Source: Chryseobacterium gleum (GTDB taxonomy: Bacteria; Bacteroidota; Bacteroidia; Flavobacteriales_F; PHOS-HE28). Taken from it: 64,000 nt of DNA. The stretch is taken from NCBI GenBank assembly GCA_945872795.1, contig CAMCAZ010000010.1, forward strand, positions 2,135-66,134, in the 5' to 3' direction. The notes below the pieces were generated by a model. The model was not told where the DNA came from and did not search any database. It saw nothing but the letters and a program-made list of their open reading frames with translations. Made by a program: the position numbers and the translations under genes. Of this stretch, positions 58,477 to 64,000 are shown in pieces. Within the stretch, counting starts at the first letter, position 1, and every line of letters starts with the position of its first letter.

Positions 58477-59574
58477 TCAGCGTTGATCGGGACAGGCCTT
58501 GAACTGCACAGGGATCAAGGGGCGCTGCTTGAAGATGCGCACCATGGTGAATTCGATGCCCCCCCGGTTGCGGCTCGCAGGGACCAGGTCACTGGTGTTC
58601 ACATCATAGCTCACGCCAAAGGTCCAATCGTCGTATTCCAGTCCGGCATGCACATACCCGGCATCGGCGGCCCGGTAATGAAGCCCCAGTACGAGGGCTC
58701 TCGTCAGGGCGAAACGGTCCAAGAGGATGTATCGGACGTTGGCGCCGAGGTCCAGTTCGGTGAACGTTCCCTGTGCCATGTACTGTGCCATGGGCAACAG
58801 GTCGATCTTGTTGGCGATGGGGAATTGGGTGATGGCATGCACCCCGAGCCGGCGGTCGAGCGGTGATCCCGGACCACCCAGAAAACCGATCGTGGGAGTG
58901 GTGAGGTTGAACAGCGAGAAACCCAGCTGCAGCAAGCGTCTCGCATCGGGATGGTATCGGTAGACCGCACCCGCATGGACATCGGGGTGGAGGAGTCCAT
59001 CACGGGCAAAGGTCTCGCCGTTGTCGCGCTGCGGGTCGTAGTATAAGCCGTTGTATTGCGCATCGAAGGAGAGGCCTCCGTTGTCCAAGGTCAGGGAGGT
59101 GAAACCGGCCTGCATTCCCGCGGTGATGCTGTGGTCAGCATCGCCGCCGAACCGTTCCGTCCAGCTGGCACCGATGCTCAGGTGGAACTGGTTCAGACGA
59201 CTGTCCCCTGCGCGGTCATTGAAGATCCACGCGCCCACCCCGAGCTGCTCGACCCCTGCGAAGTGTGCCACGTCGCCGCCAAGCCCGAACGTTCGATAGG
59301 GCACAGTGACCGAACGCCATTGTTGCCGGAAGACACCGCTCAAACGCTGGTCTCCATCGAACTGGCCGATGCTCCCCGGACCCAAGGCGAGGGGTGTGTT
59401 GAAGAATTGGGAGAAGTGGATGTCCTGTGCGGCGCTCCTCAGCGAGTTCAGCGCGAACAGCATGACCAGCGAACCGATGAGCCGGTAATGGAGCAAGCGG
59501 GCAGTGCGTGGTGCGTGGGTGCACCCAGCACCCCACTCGCCGATCGTAACCCGGATCACTCGACTTTGCTTCAT
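58477..59574 (-). CDS. PorP/SprF-family T9SS outer-membrane protein
   Basis: Family signature QDIHFSQFFNTPLALGPGSIG…RQQW; start overlaps the upstream cargo gene stop (ATGA). Confidence 0.8.
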   Translation of the reverse strand: MKQSRVIRVTIGEWGAGCTHAPRTARLLHYRLIGSLVMLFALNSLRSAAQDIHFSQFFNTPLALGPGSIGQFDGDQRLSGVFRQQWRSVTVPYRTFGLGGDVAHFAGVEQLGVGAWIFNDRAGDSRLNQFHLSIGASWTERFGGDADHSITAGMQAGFTSLTLDNGGLSFDAQYNGLYYDPQRDNGETFARDGLLHPDVHAGAVYRYHPDARRLLQLGFSLFNLTTPTIGFLGGPGSPLDRRLGVHAITQFPIANKIDLLPMAQYMAQGTFTELDLGANVRYILLDRFALTRALVLGLHYRAADAGYVHAGLEYDDWTFGVSYDVNTSDLVPASRNRGGIEFTMVRIFKQRPLIPVQFKACPDQR

Positions 59575-62500
59575 CGGACCACGGTCACATTTCCCTTGGT
59601 GAAGTAGCGCTGTCCATCCACGCACCAGGCGGTCAGGTGATAGACGAACACGGCCGGGTCCACCGGTCGCCCTTCAAAGGTGCCATCCCAGCCGATGGAG
59701 CGGTCCGTCGTCTCGAAGACCTTCTCGCCCCAGCGGTTGAAGACCATGAACTCCATGCGTTCGATGTGCCTGCCACGGACCAGGAGCTGGTCATTGCTTC
59801 CGTCGCCGTTCGGTGTGAAGGTGTTCGGTACGAAAATGTCCGGACCCGCGCAGAGCAGCTCATATACCTTCACCTCCACGGATGCATTGCGCGTGCAGAT
59901 CCCATCGCTGACGGCCACCGTGAAGAGGGTGGTCGCCTGCACGAGCGCAGTGGGGTCGGCGATGGTGGGGTCGCTGAGCGGAGCAGCGGGGGACCAACTG
60001 TAGGTGACGCCTTCGGACGGAGTGGCCAGCAATTGCACCGTGGTGCCGGGCAACACGATGGCCTGGTCCACGGATGCACTGATGGAACTGGCATTGATCG
60101 GCGAGACGGCCACAGTGAAGGTCGAAGTCCACGTGCAGCCGGATGGAGCGCTGACCGTTACCGAGTACGATGCCGATTCCACGGGAGCGACGATGATCGT
60201 CGTGGTACCCTGGCCACCGAGGATCGCCTCCGTTGGCGACCAGGTGATCGTGCTTCCGGCGTCCGCCCCGATCAGTGCCAGCCGTGCGGTATCGGCCGCG
60301 CAGATCAGCGTATCACCTTCAAGTGCGATGCTCCCGAGGGATATGACGACCGACACGCTGTCCCGTGCCGGGCATCCGTCATTGGTCGTGGCCTGGACGT
60401 AATAGATGCCACTGGCCGCCGGGCTGATCGTGGCCGTGCTGTCAGCGGCGTCCTGGTTCAGCCGGTCCGTGAACTGCGCGTTGGTGCTCCAATGGAAACT
60501 GTCCGCATCACCATTGCTGTTGGCGAACAACGTGAAGGATGCGACCGGCCCACAGACCAGGGTATCGTTCATCGCTTGGAGGAAGGGTGTTGCGCCCGCC
60601 ACCACAATGGTCCGGGTGGCAAGGTCCTGGCCATTGCAGGTGAGTCCGTTCACTACCGTCAGCGTTACGGTGTAGGTTCCGGGTTGGGCGTAGGTGTAGG
60701 TGGGCGAGGTGACCGTGGACGTGCCGATGCCATCACCGAAGTCCCAGGACTGTGAAGCGGCATCATTGCTCAGGTTGGTGAAGGGAATGGGCACGTTCGC
60801 ACAGACCGTATCAGGAGCGGTGAAAGCCGCGATGACCAGCGGTGCATCGAAGTCGAACTTCAGCAGGCCATTGTTGCACCCCGTGCTGTTGTTGGTGGAG
60901 CTCCATGCGCCCGGGGTGGTGGGAAAATCATCGTTGTTCTGGCAGCCCGCGCATACCGATTGGTACACCCGGCCCCGGCGGTCGAAGCGGCTGGTGCCTC
61001 CATCCACATGCTCGGGGCTCACGCTCCCACCGTAGAACGTGGCATAGGAAAGTGCGTCCATGTTGATGTCGAACACGGCGAGGTAGAGGTCATGACCGGT
61101 GGTGGTGCTCTGATGGGCGTCGCTCGTCACGGGAAGACCAGTCGTGGTGAGCGCCCCGCCAAGCCCTCCGGCACTGCTACCCCAACCACTGGTGTAGATC
61201 TTGTCGCAGACATCGACCAGAAAGGCGGTCGGGGAGATGTCTGGCGTACCATCCCCACTGCCGATGCGCGAGCTCAGCAACAGGGTGCTCAACTCACTGT
61301 TGAGCTTGGTGATGAACTGTCCTCCACCGGGCAGGTTGTAGGGTGCGTTGAAGATCAGGGAGCCTGACGGGGCGGAGGTCTGACCGAACAGGTAGATATC
61401 CCCGGGTCCATCGATCTCCACGAAATAGGCTTGATCATAGGCCGGTGATCCCCAATACGACAGTGCATCGATGGCGCTGCCGGTCGTGTTGAAGCGAGCC
61501 ACGAATGCATCCGCCTGTCCTCCATTGAATGTCGTGGATAGGGCGTTGGACGAAGTGGGCAGGTCGGTGCTGGTGGTGCCTCCGCAGACGAACAGTCGAC
61601 CGATAGGGTCCAGTTCGCCGGCATACACCGCATCAGCCCCGGAGCCCCCGATGTAGCTGCCATAGAGCAATTGGCTAAGTCCGGGGTTCAAGAGCGCCAC
61701 ATACCCATCATGACTACCACCCGCGTAGCTGGATTGCGCAGCCCCGGGAGTGACCGACATGTTCGTGCTCTGCGTACAACTCGTGACCCACACGTTCCCA
61801 CTCGGGTCCAACAACACCTCGCCGCGCACTTCGTCGGCATAATTGAACTTCAGGGCGGTCGCGGAGTTCAGGCCATCATTCCCGCTACCCCCCAGGTAGG
61901 TTGATCCGATCAGTGCCGATCCGTTGGCATTGAGACGCGCCACGATCATGTCGGATCCATTGGGGTAGGAGAGGCCAAGACCGGATGGAGTGAACGGCGT
62001 ACCGCCCGCAAAGGAGGCGTCGTAGGCCCCCGCACTGGTCGGGAAGTCAGTGGATGCTGTGGTGCCCAACACGACCAGTTGGTCGTTCTGGTCCACGATG
62101 AGGCTGTGCGGCATTTCAGCGGCCGAGCCCCCGAGATAAGTGCTCCATACCAAGAAGGTGCCCGTGGTATCGTACTTGGTCAGTGCGATGTCCGTGGTCC
62201 CTCCCGCCCACGTGGTCCGGTAGGCGCCCAGTGTGGTGGGATACTGGTTCCCGAATGCGGTGCTGCCCGCATAGAGGAAGCCTGCGGCATCAGAGGTGGC
62301 CGTATAGCCGAAGTTGTTGCTGACCGAACCGGAATAGGTGGCGAAGGAAAGCTCGGGGTCGATCACAAGAGGATGGGCCTTGTCATAGGGGCCCGGTCGG
62401 ACCCCGATGACGCCACGCTTCAGGGTGTAGGAACAGGTCACCGGACGGCGTTCCCCGTTCAGGTCCTGATAGGCGAGTGGGATACGCTCCACCAAGCGGC

Positions 62501-63083
62501 CCAACGATGTCTCCACCAGGAGCGCACCATTACGCAGGCTCAGTGCATCCGCGCCTTCATAGGTGAATTGGATGGCAGCAGGATCTGCGCCCGGAGCCAG
62601 GACGAGGTCGTACTTCAATCCCGATCGACCTTCCCTGAACACGGCATCACAACCGGGTGCCACGGCGACCATCGTGAGCATTGCGAAAGGCCGAGCATTG
62701 ATGGCCCACTTTCCGGGGTCATTGCCGATGAAGTAGTTGTAGTGTCCCGTGAGGAGCGTGGAGGCCTCGTTCCGTGGTGTTACCGGGGCGTTCAGGAACT
62801 TCAACCGAACGGCGTGGTGGTCCAACTGGGAGTTGGCCGGTGCTGTGGGGTCAAAGGCGATGTTCGCGTGGGCACGGTCCAACAGCTCTTGGTCGAATCG
62901 GTCGATGACCACGGCCCCACGTTCGATCCAGAGGGTGGCTCCGGGCATCTCCGCACGGTGGGTCACTTGTCCAGGCCACTGCCCCTTGTTCTCGATGAAG
63001 CGGAAACCTCCTTGCGCGAGCGTAGAGGCGCACGCTGTGAGGCTGAACAGGAGCAGGAGGACAAGGCGGTGGGGTACCGGCAT
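59571..63083 (-). CDS. large secreted SBBP beta-propeller repeat / Ig-like (PKD) protein with T9SS type-B (gliding-motility-associated, CHU_C) C-terminal domain
   Basis: Signal peptide; SBBP repeats (YSGSVSNNFGYTATSDAAGFLYAGST…); C-terminal FVPNTFTPNGDGSNDQL…FNRWGEKVF… type-B CTD. Confidence 0.75.
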   Translation of the reverse strand: MPVPHRLVLLLLFSLTACASTLAQGGFRFIENKGQWPGQVTHRAEMPGATLWIERGAVVIDRFDQELLDRAHANIAFDPTAPANSQLDHHAVRLKFLNAPVTPRNEASTLLTGHYNYFIGNDPGKWAINARPFAMLTMVAVAPGCDAVFREGRSGLKYDLVLAPGADPAAIQFTYEGADALSLRNGALLVETSLGRLVERIPLAYQDLNGERRPVTCSYTLKRGVIGVRPGPYDKAHPLVIDPELSFATYSGSVSNNFGYTATSDAAGFLYAGSTAFGNQYPTTLGAYRTTWAGGTTDIALTKYDTTGTFLVWSTYLGGSAAEMPHSLIVDQNDQLVVLGTTASTDFPTSAGAYDASFAGGTPFTPSGLGLSYPNGSDMIVARLNANGSALIGSTYLGGSGNDGLNSATALKFNYADEVRGEVLLDPSGNVWVTSCTQSTNMSVTPGAAQSSYAGGSHDGYVALLNPGLSQLLYGSYIGGSGADAVYAGELDPIGRLFVCGGTTSTDLPTSSNALSTTFNGGQADAFVARFNTTGSAIDALSYWGSPAYDQAYFVEIDGPGDIYLFGQTSAPSGSLIFNAPYNLPGGGQFITKLNSELSTLLLSSRIGSGDGTPDISPTAFLVDVCDKIYTSGWGSSAGGLGGALTTTGLPVTSDAHQSTTTGHDLYLAVFDINMDALSYATFYGGSVSPEHVDGGTSRFDRRGRVYQSVCAGCQNNDDFPTTPGAWSSTNNSTGCNNGLLKFDFDAPLVIAAFTAPDTVCANVPIPFTNLSNDAASQSWDFGDGIGTSTVTSPTYTYAQPGTYTVTLTVVNGLTCNGQDLATRTIVVAGATPFLQAMNDTLVCGPVASFTLFANSNGDADSFHWSTNAQFTDRLNQDAADSTATISPAASGIYYVQATTNDGCPARDSVSVVISLGSIALEGDTLICAADTARLALIGADAGSTITWSPTEAILGGQGTTTIIVAPVESASYSVTVSAPSGCTWTSTFTVAVSPINASSISASVDQAIVLPGTTVQLLATPSEGVTYSWSPAAPLSDPTIADPTALVQATTLFTVAVSDGICTRNASVEVKVYELLCAGPDIFVPNTFTPNGDGSNDQLLVRGRHIERMEFMVFNRWGEKVFETTDRSIGWDGTFEGRPVDPAVFVYHLTAWCVDGQRYFTKGNVTVVR

Positions 63084-63392
63084 GGCCCACGAAGTTATTC
63101 CATCACGCGGCACCGACGTGCCACCATGCCCCCGGAACCGGGCCTATCAGGTTTTAATTCTTCGCACGCTCTCGCGGAATGCGTCGGAGTAGGATGCGGA
63201 CTTGCGCTTGAGGTTCAGGGTGAGCTTAGGGGTCTGATCACGCATCCTTAAAGCTGGGGATCAAGTACCCACCACGCCGATCGATCAACCGCCCTTCGTG
63301 GATTCAAGACCCGATAGCCCTGGGGGGCGGTGTTCTCGCTCCGGTCGACCGTTACCTTACAGCCCGGTCGGCATTGCGGTCGTTGATAGCAG

Positions 63393-63929
63393 ATGGATCG
63401 GAACGAGGAAGAAGCCCTGATAGCGGAGGCCAAACGCAGGCCGGAGGCCTTTGCGCCCCTCTATGAGCTGCACTTCGGGGCGATCTTCCGTTTCATCCTG
63501 CGTCGTGTCGGTGAACGGGAGCTCACCAATGACCTTACCCAGCAGACCTTCCTGAAGGCCATGCTCGCGCTTCCGGGTTATGAGCCCAGAGGATATCCGT
63601 TCAAAGCCTTTCTCTATCGCATCGCACTGAATGAACTGAAGATGCACTGGCGAAAGCGCAAGGAGGTCACCATGGATATGAGCTATGCCGAGGTCCGTGG
63701 GCTTTCCATGGAGATCGGGCTGGAGGAGCAGGATGCCGACATGCAGCGTCTGGCCCACGCATTGAGCCGACTGCAGGAGGACAAGGCCCGGCTGATCGAA
63801 CTCCGGTACATGGACGGACTGAGCTTTGCCGAGATGGGCCAGGTGCTCGGTCTGGGGGAGGATGCCGCGAAGATGAGGACCCACCGTGTGCTGGCCACCC
63901 TGCGCACCTACCTTTCGCCACGGGTATGA
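63393..63929 (+). CDS. ECF-subfamily RNA polymerase sigma-70 factor
   Basis: Sigma-70 region 2 (…FRFILRRVGERELTNDLTQQTFLKA…) and region 4 HTH (…LSFAEMGQVLGLGEDAAKMRTHR…). Confidence 0.85.
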   Translation: MDRNEEEALIAEAKRRPEAFAPLYELHFGAIFRFILRRVGERELTNDLTQQTFLKAMLALPGYEPRGYPFKAFLYRIALNELKMHWRKRKEVTMDMSYAEVRGLSMEIGLEEQDADMQRLAHALSRLQEDKARLIELRYMDGLSFAEMGQVLGLGEDAAKMRTHRVLATLRTYLSPRV

Positions 63930-64000
63930 GAACACGTTACCGCATATCGCCCGAAGGTCGTCCGGCGGAACCCACGGATGAGGAACTGGCCCGTTACCGC
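63927..64000 (+). CDS. partial ORF (5' end only); possible anti-sigma factor, overlaps the ECF sigma stop (ATGA)
   Basis: Position and ATGA coupling only; too short for homology. Confidence 0.25.

Overview
GC-rich Bacteroidetes-type chromosomal segment. The phylum call rests on T9SS C-terminal sorting domains, a PorP/SprF family protein, a ~290-aa RpoD, ORF6N and DUF4249 genes, and a TAnnTTTG-type promoter. The first ~28 kb is mostly housekeeping: long-form GAPDH, rpoD, htrA, dapF, mltG, a phospho-sugar mutase, trxB, RNase P RNA, a TonB-dependent receptor with its DUF4249 partner, tRNA-Pro, tRNA-Arg, an M1 peptidase, a fused E1 dehydrogenase and typA. Between roughly 28 and 50 kb is a degraded accessory stretch. 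It holds 5'-truncated divergent genes, a DnaE2-like polymerase carrying an in-frame 159-bp repeat insertion, an ABC ATPase operon with two tandem ABC-2-permease/M1-aminopeptidase fusion proteins, a frameshifted mrr, a T9SS cargo gene flanked by copies of the dinB 3' end, dinB, a frameshifted ORF6N gene followed by a LexA-like XRE/S24 repressor, and an nhaA pseudogene. A family of short repeats built on tandem RTCTGATC units and GGTCGACCC palindromes is scattered through this stretch. The last ~14 kb carries polyamine genes (speA, a deoxyhypusine-synthase-like gene), corA, pepE, and a T9SS module (type-B CTD SBBP cargo, PorP/SprF-like, PorE-like OmpA protein) with a divergent ECF sigma factor. 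A small GIY-YIG nuclease gene embedded between tRNA-Pro and duplicated tRNA 3' fragments looks like a tRNA-associated mini mobile element. No CRISPR array was seen. Most long ORFs antisense to the genes listed are high-GC artefacts.
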